Source of the DNA: an uncultured Pseudomonadota bacterium
GTDB lineage: Bacteria > Pseudomonadota > Alphaproteobacteria > Rs-D84
Assembly (NCBI GenBank): GCA_902793435.1
Contig: CADBDF010000001.1
Location: 2,418-66,417, forward strand
Length of the DNA: 64,000 bases
Direction: 5' to 3'
The number at the start of each line of letters is the position of its first letter. Positions within the stretch are counted from its first letter, which is position 1. Both the position numbers and the translations under genes were made by a program. The notes below the pieces were generated by a model. It had not been told where the DNA came from and made no database searches. It was given only the letters and a program-made list of their open reading frames with translations. Shown here one piece after another: positions 39,419 through 50,474 of this stretch.

Positions 39419-40297
39419 TTATTTGATTAGTTTTGAAATCAATTCGTTCATTTCAACGCGGGTGTTGAATTTCAAAACTATTTGCCCCGCCCCGCCCCGT
39501 TTTTCAAGGATTTTTGCAGAAACATTTAACGATTTTTGAATATCATTTTCCATGCGTTTTATATCAGCGGCGGCAATTGTTTTGCTTACAAACTGCCGGG
39601 CTTTGCCGGTTCTTTTTGTATTTTTTACCAAAGCCGATGTATCCGCCACAGACATTTTTTTATTTACAATTTCTTGGGCCAATTTTTCGGGGTTTTCGGC
39701 GACCGCGATTGTGCGTGCGTGTGATGCCGATAATTCACCATTTGAAACCATTGAACGCACAGATTCAGGCAATTCCAAAATCCGCATTGAATTACGAATA
39801 TAACTGGCAGATTTACCAATTAAACGCGACACATCGTCCATTTCATAATTACATTTTTCTATCAAATTTTTGTATGCGGCAGCCTCTTCCACTGGGTCCA
39901 GATTTTCGCGTTGCACATTTTCAATTAGTGCAATTTCCATTGCGTTATTATCGTCTAACTTTTTAACAACAGCCGGAATTTCGGTCAAGCCCGCCAATTT
40001 AGATGCACGAAAACGACGTTCGCCAGCAACAATTTCATAATTATACGGGCGTCCAGCAACCGCACGCAATAAAATCGGTTGCAAAACACCTTTTTCTTTG
40101 ATTGATGCCGCCAAATCATTTAATTCGGCATCACGAAATGTTTTACGTGGCTGGTCTGGATTTGCACCAATTTGCACCAGTGGTATTTGCTTAATCACGA
40201 CACGTTCGCCACCTGTTAAAATCGAAATATCCGGCAAAGCGCCCTGTGCCATTTGAATATCCGCAAGACCTCGTCCCAATCCAAATTTAGATGCCAT
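39419..40297 (-). CDS. parB: Chromosome partitioning protein ParB
   Basis: ParB box GERRFRA and the HTH region. Confidence 0.9.
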   Translation of the reverse strand: MASKFGLGRGLADIQMAQGALPDISILTGGERVVIKQIPLVQIGANPDQPRKTFRDAELNDLAASIKEKGVLQPILLRAVAGRPYNYEIVAGERRFRASKLAGLTEIPAVVKKLDDNNAMEIALIENVQRENLDPVEEAAAYKNLIEKCNYEMDDVSRLIGKSASYIRNSMRILELPESVRSMVSNGELSASHARTIAVAENPEKLAQEIVNKKMSVADTSALVKNTKRTGKARQFVSKTIAAADIKRMENDIQKSLNVSAKILEKRGGAGQIVLKFNTRVEMNELISKLIK

Positions 40298-40299
40298 TT

Positions 40300-41100
40300 T
40301 TAACCCTCTTGTTCCAATTTATTTACAATTTCTGTGGCGACACGCAAATACGCCTGGGCACCGGTTGAATTAAAATCATAAAACAGTGCCGGTTTGCCAT
40401 GGCTTGGTGCCTCGGACACACGAACATTGCGCGGAATAACCGTTTTAAACACCGTATCACCAAATGTTTTGCGCACATCATTTTCAACATCGCGCGTCAC
40501 AGAATAACGTTTATCATACATTGTCAGCAATACGCCCAATATACGCAAATCAGGATTCCATTTTTGCTGGACTACATTGATTGTATTAACCAACTGACGA
40601 ATACCTTCCAACGCAAAAAATTCGCATTGCAACGGTATAATCACACTGTCGGCAGCATTTAATGCGTTTAACGTCAAATGTCCCAATGCGGGCGGACAAT
40701 CCAATAATATAAAGTCGTAATAATCCAAAATTGGTTGCAAAGCATCACGCAATCGGTATTCGCGATTTTCCACGTCCAATAAATCAACCTCGGCCCCGGC
40801 AAGTTCAATACCCGAAGGCAATAAATGCAATCCAGGAACCGCAGTTGATAAAATATTATCAACAATATTATCCGTTCCCATTATAACCCCATAAACACTT
40901 TGTGGATGTTCGGCACGAACAAAACCCAAACCTGTACCGGCATTTCCCTGTTGGTCTAAATCTATTAACAATACGCGTTTTTTTATCGCCGCCAAAGATG
41001 CACCAATATTTATTGCAGTTGTAGTTTTACCAACACCGCCCTTTTGATTTGCAAATGCTATTATCCTGACCATTGTAAATTCACTTCCTTTTTTTATCAC
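40300..41100 (-). CDS. parA: Chromosome partitioning ATPase ParA
   Basis: Deviant Walker A KGGVGKTT. Confidence 0.9.
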   Translation of the reverse strand: MIKKGSEFTMVRIIAFANQKGGVGKTTTAINIGASLAAIKKRVLLIDLDQQGNAGTGLGFVRAEHPQSVYGVIMGTDNIVDNILSTAVPGLHLLPSGIELAGAEVDLLDVENREYRLRDALQPILDYYDFILLDCPPALGHLTLNALNAADSVIIPLQCEFFALEGIRQLVNTINVVQQKWNPDLRILGVLLTMYDKRYSVTRDVENDVRKTFGDTVFKTVIPRNVRVSEAPSHGKPALFYDFNSTGAQAYLRVATEIVNKLEQEG

Positions 41101-41185
41101 AACAAATGATATTTATTCGTTTCGATTCGGTCAAGGAATATAAAACCAAAACACAAAAATCGCGCAGAATCAAAATATTATTTTT

Positions 41186-41379
41186 TATTTCACATGAAAC
41201 AACAATCATTTTACACATATTTATTTATAACCGGTTTTTTAACAATTTTTATCAAAAGCGCCGGCAAAAGCCGTTAATTTTTTTTAACAAACATATTTAT
41301 AATAAAACACCGGTATTCGCCGGTCTTTTTTCTGTTTTTACGCATTTTCAATATGTTATATTTTATTTCACATGAAATA
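41186..41379. promoter_or_regulatory. Two parS-like 16-mers (TATTTCACATGAAACA at 41186..41201; TATTTCACATGAAATA at 41364..41379) plus two family terminators, in the rsmG-parA intergenic region
   Basis: 14/16 and 13/16 matches to the parS consensus TGTTTCACGTGAAACA. Confidence 0.4.
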
Positions 41380-41415
41380 ACGCAAAAAAATGCCGGCATT
41401 TACCGGTGTTTTTTT

Positions 41416-41970
41416 TTACTTTTTTATTATATGCACAACAAACCCATCACCTGTCTTGGACGAAAACAATTCATAATCAAATTTATATTTTTGTTTGGCT
41501 GTTGCAATTTCATTTAAAATATCCCTGCCCTTTAACAAAAATAATTCATAATTTGTTTTGCCCACATAATTCAAAATCTTTATCAGTGGCGCAAACGCAC
41601 GCGCCGTAAATACATATTTTTTATTACGCGGTAATGTTGCAATAAAATCTTCTATACGACCATGATACACAGTCAAATTATCTAAATCCAATTCTTGCTT
41701 TACCGCATTTAAAAAAGAAACCTTTTTACCAATAGATTCTGTTGCCGTCACATGCCAACCCAAAACAGCCAAAACAACCGCCGGAAAACCCGCCCCAGAC
41801 CCCAAATCAATAATATCAATATCGCGTGGCAAATAATCCGCCAACTGGGCAGAATCCGCGATATGACGCGTATCAATATCGTTTAATGTACTGGGCGCAA
41901 CCAGGTTCATTTTTGACGACCAATCGCGTAAAATATTTTTGTACAAATTAAATTTATCTTGGTTTTCCAT
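41416..41970 (-). CDS. rsmG: 16S rRNA m7G527 methyltransferase
   Basis: SAM motif IIDLGSGAGFPAVVLA; conserved position upstream of parAB. Confidence 0.85.
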   Translation of the reverse strand: MENQDKFNLYKNILRDWSSKMNLVAPSTLNDIDTRHIADSAQLADYLPRDIDIIDLGSGAGFPAVVLAVLGWHVTATESIGKKVSFLNAVKQELDLDNLTVYHGRIEDFIATLPRNKKYVFTARAFAPLIKILNYVGKTNYELFLLKGRDILNEIATAKQKYKFDYELFSSKTGDGFVVHIIKK

Positions 41971-41996
41971 AAAGATTATTCTAACATATAAAAATC

Positions 41997-43616
41997 ATGA
42001 AACCAATAAAAACATTTTTGTGGGTGTCGGGGGGATTGGTTGCCGGATTGGTGGCCGTTCATTTGCTGGGCACCAAAACCGCCACTGTTCAACCAAGTGG
42101 CACAATTCCAACAACCAGTTATGGCGCATTTTTGGCAGCACAACACGCGCTTTATACAAATAATTTCGACAAGGCTGATGAATTTATCGCCAATATCGAT
42201 GAAAATGCACGCGATTATAAATCTGTGCAAGAGATGCGTATTTTAACAGACTTTTTAAATGGAAAAATACCGGAAAACACCGACAATTTGGCGAAACAAA
42301 AAAACATTGTTTCGCGTGTTGTTTTAAATGCCAAATTGGCAAATGATGGTAAATGGATTGAGATTTACAACAAACATAAAACTGATAAAATGCGTATGAT
42401 GGCACCATTTCGTATTTGGTCTGGGGTCGCAATCAACCATATTACAGAAACTTTGAAATTCATAGACTCTTTGGACACAAACCCATCATGGCAATCGTTT
42501 TTACGCGGTCAAATATTTGCAGAGCAGGGCAAAATACAAAAAGCCGCAGACGAATTCGATAAAGTACGTCCAGAATTCATGAATATAAACGATTATTTAT
42601 ATTTAATGTCTTTCTATAAACACAATGGTTTAGACACGAACGCAAACAAATTGCGGACCGCATTTACAACAAAACCTGGCAGTATGTTTATGATTAATTA
42701 TACAGACATTCCAGATTGGTCAAAATATGCCGGGTATAAAAATCAGTTGGCTTTTAATTTTGTTCAAACGATTGCACATACACAATCTATGTCGCATTCT
42801 GATTTGTCTTTGTTGTTGTTGCATTTTGCAAAAAATGTCGGCGATGAAAATTCTGTACAGTTAGATGCAATAAATTATCATTCTGGATTGTATATGATTT
42901 CAAATATGGGAAATTACGATAAATATTTTTCCAAAGTTTCACAAACCAGTCCATATTATCCATTTGTAAATTTGCGCTTGGCTGAATTAAAACATGACGA
43001 AAATGCCGTAAAACGCGCGATTGATGCCCAGCCTTTGTTTATGCCGGCAACTAATTTGTATGTCGGTTGGCAAATTCAATCTGGCGATAAATCTGGTGCA
43101 TTAAAGACAATAGATAAAGCATTATCAAACGCAGATATTTCAACCGGTGCGCGTGCGTACCTGTATAAAATGCGTGCGGAAACCAACTTTATTTTTGAAG
43201 ATTTAGACGCATCACAAAAAGATTTGGATTCTGCATTTATATTGATTCAAAAACCAGACCCAGATGTATTTAGTATCCAGGCACGTCTGTGGGCGGCACG
43301 TGGCGAAAACCTGGATAAAGCATACGCGTATAGTTTGAGTTTGGTTCAATTTGCACCAACCGACACATGCACATGGGATACACTGGGTTATGTAATGCGT
43401 GCCCGCGAAGGTCTGGACGCCGCATTAGATGTAATGCAACGTGTTGGCGAATTCGCAAATTCTTGTTCGGCTTTGTTCGAACATTTGGGCGACATGTACA
43501 TAGAAAGTGGCGATAATAAATTGGCACGTGATGCATATTTGCGCGCAATCGAATTATCCGATGATGGATTGTCTGTAAAACCTGTTTTGGAAAAGAAATT
43601 AAAAAGGATTAAATAA
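41997..43616 (+). CDS. Membrane-anchored TPR-repeat protein (539 aa)
   Basis: N-terminal TM segment and C-terminal TPR-like repeats (LGDMYIESGDNKLARDAYLRAIEL). Confidence 0.5.
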   Translation: MKPIKTFLWVSGGLVAGLVAVHLLGTKTATVQPSGTIPTTSYGAFLAAQHALYTNNFDKADEFIANIDENARDYKSVQEMRILTDFLNGKIPENTDNLAKQKNIVSRVVLNAKLANDGKWIEIYNKHKTDKMRMMAPFRIWSGVAINHITETLKFIDSLDTNPSWQSFLRGQIFAEQGKIQKAADEFDKVRPEFMNINDYLYLMSFYKHNGLDTNANKLRTAFTTKPGSMFMINYTDIPDWSKYAGYKNQLAFNFVQTIAHTQSMSHSDLSLLLLHFAKNVGDENSVQLDAINYHSGLYMISNMGNYDKYFSKVSQTSPYYPFVNLRLAELKHDENAVKRAIDAQPLFMPATNLYVGWQIQSGDKSGALKTIDKALSNADISTGARAYLYKMRAETNFIFEDLDASQKDLDSAFILIQKPDPDVFSIQARLWAARGENLDKAYAYSLSLVQFAPTDTCTWDTLGYVMRAREGLDAALDVMQRVGEFANSCSALFEHLGDMYIESGDNKLARDAYLRAIELSDDGLSVKPVLEKKLKRIK

Positions 43617-44530
43617 TGTTATATAAAACCGTTGGTATTATCGGTGCAGGCGCGTGGGGAACTGCGTTGGCGATAAATATCGCACGGGGAGGGACAAATG
43701 TCGTTCTGTGGTCATTTGACGGCGAATGCGCGCATTTTGATAATGTTAATATGCCAGACAATTTAACAGTGGTACAAAATCCAAGTGATTTAGCAGATAC
43801 AGATGTTTGGTTATTGGTGACACCGGCATCGTTTGTTCGCGAAACATTACATAAGTTTGCAACAGTATATAACAACCAACCAATTATTATCTGTACCAAG
43901 GGCGCAGACAGTAAAACACACGAATTTATGAGCGAGGTTTTAACAGACGTATTGCCTAAATGTACTGATTTTGGTGTATTGTCTGGCCCACAATTCGCAG
44001 TCGAGGTTGCACAAGGTGCGCCCACCGGTTCAACATTGGCTGGGACATCACAAAATGTACTGACTGCGGGTTTGCAGGTGTTAAACTTGGCACATTTAGA
44101 TGTCACAGATGATATTATCGGCACACAAATTGCTGGGGTTGGTAAAAATATTATCGCGTTGATTTCTGGATATATTCACGAAACAGTTTCATCAGAAAAC
44201 GAACGCGCAATGATTTTTACATTGTGTTGTCATGAAATTATCAAGGTCGGTTTGGCGTTGGGTGCTAAATTAGAAACATTTACAGGACTTTGCGGATTGG
44301 GCGATTTGTTTTTGTCAGCAACATCACCAACCAGTCGTAATTATTCTGGGGGTGTGGCGATTGCGCATAACGAAAAACTGCAAGGCACAATTGAAGGTAT
44401 ATACGCGTACGAAACCATTGTTGTTCGTGCGAACAAGGCCAATTGTGATACACCAACATTGGAAAAAATTCGCGCAGAAATCCATAAAATCATCAGGAAA
44501 TCCGCGCATTACCAAGATTTATTCAAATAA
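43616..44530 (+). CDS. gpsA: NAD(P)H-dependent glycerol-3-phosphate dehydrogenase
   Basis: Rossmann motif GIIGAGAWGTALA; 304 aa. Confidence 0.85.
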   Translation: MLYKTVGIIGAGAWGTALAINIARGGTNVVLWSFDGECAHFDNVNMPDNLTVVQNPSDLADTDVWLLVTPASFVRETLHKFATVYNNQPIIICTKGADSKTHEFMSEVLTDVLPKCTDFGVLSGPQFAVEVAQGAPTGSTLAGTSQNVLTAGLQVLNLAHLDVTDDIIGTQIAGVGKNIIALISGYIHETVSSENERAMIFTLCCHEIIKVGLALGAKLETFTGLCGLGDLFLSATSPTSRNYSGGVAIAHNEKLQGTIEGIYAYETIVVRANKANCDTPTLEKIRAEIHKIIRKSAHYQDLFK

Positions 44531-44556
44531 AAAACCGCCGATTTGGCGGTTTTTTT
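44524..44556. terminator. Terminator (aaaaaccgccgatttggcggttttttt)
   Basis: Hairpin plus a T-run after gpsA. Confidence 0.55.
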
Positions 44557-44796
44557 ATCTAATACGACCATATAACCAATCTTTGACATTTTGGAATATT
44601 TCCGTCATCGCTGTATCTTTGATTCTACGATTTTCAGGAATAATCCGTCCATTTGGCAATACAAGTTCCCCAGTATTATTTTTATATTCTTCAAAACTGT
44701 ACCGTATTTTATATATACCAGGTTTATTTGCACATTTCATTAAAAGCCCCTTGCTATTACACAAGCAATATTAACACAAAACATACCATTGTCAAA

Positions 44797-45708
44797 TTAA
44801 AACATAGAATACACATAAAAACCGTATGCGATTAGGAATACAAAACCTGTGATACGGTGAATTTTACCCATAATACCGCACACCAACAGCAAAAGTGTTG
44901 CGGCGGTCATAACACCAAAACTTTGCCACATTTGCGGAACATGTGTCGGTTTTACCACACCAATCGTTCCCAAAATCAAAAATATGTTTGCAATATTACT
45001 GCCCACGATATTACCAAACGCAATTGCACTTTGTTTATGGATTGCTGCAACTGTGGATACTGTAATTTCTGGTAAAGATGTTCCAAATGCTATCAATGTT
45101 AATCCCATGACTGATTTTGATACCCCCAGTGCGGTTGCTATTTTTGATGCGTTATCAACCAACAAGTCCGCACCATACACAATCGCACCTATACCTATGG
45201 CAGAAAACACGCCCAACACCCATGCAGATTTATTAAATTTTGCGTGATGCCGGGAATCGTCGTGGTTGTTATTATCGTGACATATCACAAAATACCCAGC
45301 AATAAACAATAATAAAAATGTACCTATTACTCGGTCCAGATACCCGAATAACATTATCATATACAGCATTACAACAGACAACAATATAAACAATCCATCA
45401 CGACGAAATCCAACACGATTTATATGTATAGGATTGATAAAAGACGCCAAGCCTAATATAAATAAAATGTTTGTGATATTTGACCCAATAACATTACCAA
45501 ACGCAATCCCAGGGGTAGGGGGATTCGCCACCATTGCGGTCACAGATGCAGATAATTCCGGCAACGATGTTCCAACACCCATTAAAACAATACCGATGAT
45601 TAATGGGTTCAGGCGCATTTTATGTGCCAATGCCATACCTGATTGTACCAACAATTCGCCACCACCAACCAATAAAGCCAATCCAAGAGCAAATAAAAAG
45701 TATGTCAC
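44797..45708 (-). CDS. Ca2+/Na+ antiporter (CaCA/YrbG family)
   Basis: Two alpha-repeat motifs: GNVIGSNITNILFILG and GNIVGSNIANIFLILG. Confidence 0.75.
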   Translation of the reverse strand: MTYFLFALGLALLVGGGELLVQSGMALAHKMRLNPLIIGIVLMGVGTSLPELSASVTAMVANPPTPGIAFGNVIGSNITNILFILGLASFINPIHINRVGFRRDGLFILLSVVMLYMIMLFGYLDRVIGTFLLLFIAGYFVICHDNNNHDDSRHHAKFNKSAWVLGVFSAIGIGAIVYGADLLVDNASKIATALGVSKSVMGLTLIAFGTSLPEITVSTVAAIHKQSAIAFGNIVGSNIANIFLILGTIGVVKPTHVPQMWQSFGVMTAATLLLLVCGIMGKIHRITGFVFLIAYGFYVYSMF

Positions 45709-45722
45709 ATGTTTCCTTTTTA

Positions 45723-46940
45723 TTATTCGTAACGCAAACTGTCAATCGGGTTTAATTTTGCCGCCTTAATCGCCGGAAAAACCCCAGACGCCAAACCAAC
45801 CACAATCGCAACCGTCACAGATACCACAACCGGCCAAATACTCAAAGGAACATTATATCCTAGGGCAAAACGACCGACACCTTGGGCTAAACCTTCGCCC
45901 AGTACCAAACCAGTCATGGAACCTATAAAAGAAATCAATATAGATTCCGATAAAAATTGAATAATTATGTTTTTTTCACGCGCACCGATTGCCTTGCGCA
46001 CACCGATTTCACGCGTTCTTTCCGCAACAGATACCAACATCATATTCATAATACCAATCGAACCAACCAATAACGACACCGCCGCAATAGCAACCAACAA
46101 TAATTTAATATAACCCGTCACTGTATTCATTGTTTCCATTACCTGTTTCATATCTGTAATTTGGAAATCGTCATCATCGCCGTCTTTTAACCTATGGCGC
46201 GAACGCAAAATCGCCGTAATCTGTTCAGTTGCAATATTGTTGTCTGCATCTTGGTATAATTTTAATACTATCGCTTGGACCGAATTAGGAAAACGACTGC
46301 CGGACAGGCGTTTCTTTAATGTTGTGATTGGAATTAAAACCATGTCATCAGGACTGCCCATTGCGGAATCGCCCTTGGCCTTGGTGACACCGATAATTAC
46401 AAACGGTGTATTCATAATTCGAATTATTTGTCCAACTGGATTTGATGGCAAATCTAATTCTTTGGCAGTATCAGGACCAATTACCGCGTATGTAGATGCA
46501 CTTTTTACCGCATCCATATCAAAGAAGGTTCCATATTCTATATCTATATTTTGAACTGTTTGATAATCAGGATAAACACCAACCAATGATGTTCCCCAAT
46601 TTTTATTTCCAAATACAACCTGGGCGGCAGAATTCTGCATTGGGCTGACCGCCGCAACATCAGGCATTCTTGCCAAATATTCTGCATCGTCGGTGGTTAA
46701 TGTTTGACGATTTCCAGTACGCACACCACCAACACGCGCCGCACCCGCACGAATAACTATTGTATTTGTCCCAAGGGATGAAAATTGGTCTGTGATTGAT
46801 TGTTGTACCGTTTCGCCAACAGCAACCATTATAACCACCGCCATAACACCAATAATAATACCCAATACGGTCAAAAAAGAACGCAATTTATTGCCACTGA
46901 TTGACAGCCAAGATTCTTTCATAATATCATTAAAGGTCAT
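45723..46940 (-). CDS. ABC transporter permease, MacB/FtsX family
   Basis: N-terminal TM segment, periplasmic MacB_PCD-like region, and C-terminal FtsX TM helices. Confidence 0.8.
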   Translation of the reverse strand: MTFNDIMKESWLSISGNKLRSFLTVLGIIIGVMAVVIMVAVGETVQQSITDQFSSLGTNTIVIRAGAARVGGVRTGNRQTLTTDDAEYLARMPDVAAVSPMQNSAAQVVFGNKNWGTSLVGVYPDYQTVQNIDIEYGTFFDMDAVKSASTYAVIGPDTAKELDLPSNPVGQIIRIMNTPFVIIGVTKAKGDSAMGSPDDMVLIPITTLKKRLSGSRFPNSVQAIVLKLYQDADNNIATEQITAILRSRHRLKDGDDDDFQITDMKQVMETMNTVTGYIKLLLVAIAAVSLLVGSIGIMNMMLVSVAERTREIGVRKAIGAREKNIIIQFLSESILISFIGSMTGLVLGEGLAQGVGRFALGYNVPLSIWPVVVSVTVAIVVGLASGVFPAIKAAKLNPIDSLRYE

Positions 46941-47686
46941 TTTTTGTCCTTTTTATGTTTTGGCATTAAATCGGCTTCGTTGCGCGGTATTTTTCCATCG
47001 TATGTTATACGACCATCGTAAATATGAATCAGCCTCGACGAATATTTTGCAATATCAAATTCGTGCGTTATCATCACGATTGTTATTCCCATATCTTTAT
47101 TCAATTTTTTAAAAAATTGCAAAATTTCATTTCCCATTTTGGAATCTAAAGCACCCGTAGGTTCGTCTGCTAAAATCAATTTTGGGTCGCCAGCCAATGC
47201 ACGTGCAATCGCAACACGTTGTTTCATACCACCAGACAACTGTGTCGGCAGATACGTTTCAAATTTTTCCAAACCAACCAGTTTTAACATTTCGCGAGCA
47301 CGACGGATTCTTTCGTCCATTGGCAGACCGCGATACATCAAGGGCAACATAACATTGTCCAAAATATTCCTTTTAGATAACAAATTAAAGTTTTGAAAAA
47401 CAAAACCTATATATTCATTTCGCACCACCGCCAATTCATCAGCCGTCATTGTTGATATATCACGACCGTATAATTTATATACCCCAGATGTCGCACTGTC
47501 CAGCGCACCAACAATATTCATACATGTCGATTTTCCAGAACCAGACGGTCCCATTATCGATACAAATTCGCCAGATTTAACATTAAAAGTTATATCAAAT
47601 AAAACCTGTTGGACACCGCCGATTTCCAGCGGAAAACTTTTACAAATTTTATTCATTGATATTATATCAGGTTGCGATATTGCCAT
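46937..47686 (-). CDS. ABC transporter ATP-binding protein (MacB/LolD-like)
   Basis: Walker A GPSGSGKST, signature LSGGMKQR and Walker B ILADEPT. Confidence 0.85.
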   Translation of the reverse strand: MAISQPDIISMNKICKSFPLEIGGVQQVLFDITFNVKSGEFVSIMGPSGSGKSTCMNIVGALDSATSGVYKLYGRDISTMTADELAVVRNEYIGFVFQNFNLLSKRNILDNVMLPLMYRGLPMDERIRRAREMLKLVGLEKFETYLPTQLSGGMKQRVAIARALAGDPKLILADEPTGALDSKMGNEILQFFKKLNKDMGITIVMITHEFDIAKYSSRLIHIYDGRITYDGKIPRNEADLMPKHKKDKK

Positions 47687-47703
47687 TTTTTCAAACCACT
47701 ATG

Positions 47704-48897
47704 TTATCTGGGGCCACCGCCCATTGGTCCGCCACGCATCGTGGATTTTTTCGTTGTTGATTCTTGACCAACACGACCAACGATTATTCTGTCACCAGAT
47801 TTTACATCGTTGGAAATAATTTCTGTTTCGGTTGCGGTGACCAAACCTTTTTCATAATCAATAATAACCACTTTTTTATCACGCAATACAGCCAAATGAT
47901 TTGCCGTTGATACATTTGCAGCCGCCGGATCTATGTTTGCAAATGATTTTAATAAAAATGCAGAATTTTGTGCCTTCCACACATCTTCGGCACGATTGAC
48001 AACAATGGTCACAAATGCGGTCATACCAGGCATCAATTTTAAATCTGCATTATCAACATCAATTACAACCGTATAAACAACAACATTAGATGTCATTGTT
48101 GGCGATAAACGAATTTGGCGCACAACACCTTTGAATTTATCACCTGCGTATGCATCAACTGTAAAATTAACCGATTGACCAGTTTGAATCATACCTATAT
48201 CAGCCTCGCTGACAGCGGTTTCAATTTGCATTTTCGTTAAATCTTCGGCGATTTCAAATAAATCTGGGGTTTGGAAAGATGCCGCAACAGTTTGACCTTT
48301 ATCGACCTTGCGCGAGATGACCGTTCCATTTACAGGTGATGTAATTGTTGCATAACCCAAATTTGTGACGGCTTTGTCATATTGTGATTGCGCACGAACA
48401 ACGGCGGCCTCGGCCTGTTCATATTGTGCCTGGGATTTTTCCATTTCGGCACGCGCAATAAAACCATCGTTATATAAAGAACGGTCGCGGATATAGTCAC
48501 TTTTTGCCAAATTACGTTGCGATTTTGCAGAATCCAAAGACGCCTTGGCCTCGGTCACAGATGCCTGTAATACAGACGGTTCAATTTTTAACAAAACTTC
48601 GCCTTGTTTAACCTGGGAATTAAAATCAACAAAAATGTCTTCTATTGTACCAGACACCTGGGAACCAACACTGACGGTATTTACGGGGCTGATTTCGCCA
48701 GTTGCACTAACAACCTGTTCCATATCGCCACGCGTGATTTTTACAGTCACAAAATCACCCTTGTTTGATTTTTTGGACGCACCACCAAATATCAAAAACA
48801 ATGCAATCACAACAATAATTATTATCAATGACCACCATTTATGACGCAATGGCCATGATAAAATATTTTTTATTTTACTTAACATTTGTCCCCCCAT
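47704..48897 (-). CDS. Efflux periplasmic adaptor (HlyD/MacA family)
   Basis: N-terminal TM segment with coiled-coil and beta-barrel regions; overlaps tolC by 23 bp. Confidence 0.8.
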   Translation of the reverse strand: MGGQMLSKIKNILSWPLRHKWWSLIIIIVVIALFLIFGGASKKSNKGDFVTVKITRGDMEQVVSATGEISPVNTVSVGSQVSGTIEDIFVDFNSQVKQGEVLLKIEPSVLQASVTEAKASLDSAKSQRNLAKSDYIRDRSLYNDGFIARAEMEKSQAQYEQAEAAVVRAQSQYDKAVTNLGYATITSPVNGTVISRKVDKGQTVAASFQTPDLFEIAEDLTKMQIETAVSEADIGMIQTGQSVNFTVDAYAGDKFKGVVRQIRLSPTMTSNVVVYTVVIDVDNADLKLMPGMTAFVTIVVNRAEDVWKAQNSAFLLKSFANIDPAAANVSTANHLAVLRDKKVVIIDYEKGLVTATETEIISNDVKSGDRIIVGRVGQESTTKKSTMRGGPMGGGPR

Positions 48898-50233
48898 CTA
48901 TTTGTGATTGTATATCACCAATCGCCAGCGCAACCGCCGCGCGTTTTACATACAAATCATATTTTGCCGCATTGTTTTGATTGCGCGCATCCGCCAAATC
49001 ACTTTGCGCCTGTTGCCAATCCAACATAGTGGAACGCCCAACCTTGTACATGCCCGATGTGACACGTTCTGTTTCGGTTGCAGATTTCAACAAAGCATCC
49101 GTTTGTTCTAATACTGTTTTCGCAGTTTTATAATTTTGATATGCCGTAAAAACATCCATCATTGCATTATTTTTAACCGCACGTTCGTTTTCAACCGCCG
49201 TTTCATAATTTGAATTTGCAGCACGCAATCCATACATATTTGCAAACCCGGCAAATATTGGCATAGACGCACGAATACCAATCGAGCCACTTAAATCATT
49301 ACTGCTTGGGCTGAAAGTATCACTAAAACTATCATCACCCCAACCAAGCGATGCCGATGCAGAAATCGATGGTAAATTTTTCAAAAACGCACTGGCACGA
49401 CGATTCCATGCCGCATCTTTGTTCGCCGATGCTTTCAACAGGTCAGGGCGTTTTTTACGCGCAACCTCTATCAGTTTATCAATATTTTCACTTTCGGCAT
49501 CACTGCCAAACGAAGCCGGCATATCAGCAATTGTTATTTCTTGATCTGCCGAAAAAGATAATTTTGTAAGAAGGGTTCCCTTGGCAATTTCACGATTATT
49601 TTTTGCACGTTCTAATTTTAATTCCGCAGATGCCAATGTCGTATCCGCACGATAAACATCAGCCTTGGCAACCGCACCAGCCTTGAATTTTTTATCCGCT
49701 GTATCTTTGGCGGTTTGTGCAACCTTTAATGTCATTTTTGCCGCCTCGACAGATGCGTCTGCGTTCAACAATTCATAGTATGCCCCAATGACAGAATAGA
49801 CATAATTTTGAATTGATTCATCATAATCAAATCCAGCCGCACGATATTGTGCCAAAGTCGCCGCAAAATCTGCACTGCGTTTTCCAAAATCAAATATTAA
49901 ATACGATGCCGATAAAGATGCACTGTAATTCCAATCTTGCCAACCCGTTTTAACATTTGGTCCTGTTGAATTTTTACTGACATAATTTTTTCCAGCCGAC
50001 ACACCCGCCGACACAGATGGTAAATATGCCGCATAACCCGCATTTTTATTAAAATGTGATGCACGATACGATGCGTATGCCGCCGCCGTTTGCGGATTAC
50101 GACACAACCCATAATCAACAACCTGTTGCAGAGTCAAAACTGTATCTGGGACCGTACGAATTGTCGCACAATCGTCCGCACCAAATGCGACACATGGCGC
50201 AAAAACAAAAAATAATATGCTTTTTTTCATCAA
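48875..50233 (-). CDS. TolC-family outer membrane efflux protein
   Basis: Signal peptide plus two repeated TolC-type helical and barrel halves. Confidence 0.75.
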   Translation of the reverse strand: MMKKSILFFVFAPCVAFGADDCATIRTVPDTVLTLQQVVDYGLCRNPQTAAAYASYRASHFNKNAGYAAYLPSVSAGVSAGKNYVSKNSTGPNVKTGWQDWNYSASLSASYLIFDFGKRSADFAATLAQYRAAGFDYDESIQNYVYSVIGAYYELLNADASVEAAKMTLKVAQTAKDTADKKFKAGAVAKADVYRADTTLASAELKLERAKNNREIAKGTLLTKLSFSADQEITIADMPASFGSDAESENIDKLIEVARKKRPDLLKASANKDAAWNRRASAFLKNLPSISASASLGWGDDSFSDTFSPSSNDLSGSIGIRASMPIFAGFANMYGLRAANSNYETAVENERAVKNNAMMDVFTAYQNYKTAKTVLEQTDALLKSATETERVTSGMYKVGRSTMLDWQQAQSDLADARNQNNAAKYDLYVKRAAVALAIGDIQSQIDGGTNVK

Positions 50234-50388
50234 TCTCTCTCACAAAATTTTATCTTTGATATTATACGGTAAATCAACAAGTTATTGCAACAAAAAACCG
50301 TTATTTATACTACCGATTTTTATCACAAATTTTATGGTTGCAATGGCATATTTTTTCGTTTAATATGACTGCACACGTTGTGAAAGAT

Positions 50389-50463
50389 GGCCAGGTGGCA
50401 GAGTGGTTATGCAGAGGACTGCAAATCCTTGTATGCCGGTTCGATTCCGACCCTGGCCTCCAA
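50389..50463 (+). tRNA. tRNA-Cys (GCA)
   Basis: Cloverleaf GGCCAGG acceptor stem, anticodon loop CTGCAAATC, T-arm GGTTCGATTCC and an encoded CCA. Confidence 0.85.
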
Positions 50464-50474
50464 TTTTTTCCATT

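Noticed and set aside
50403-50474. Upstream extension of the recF ORF starting at 50403
   Set aside because: It would run through the tRNA-Cys gene. A well-placed ATG at 50475 gives a normal RecF N-terminus.
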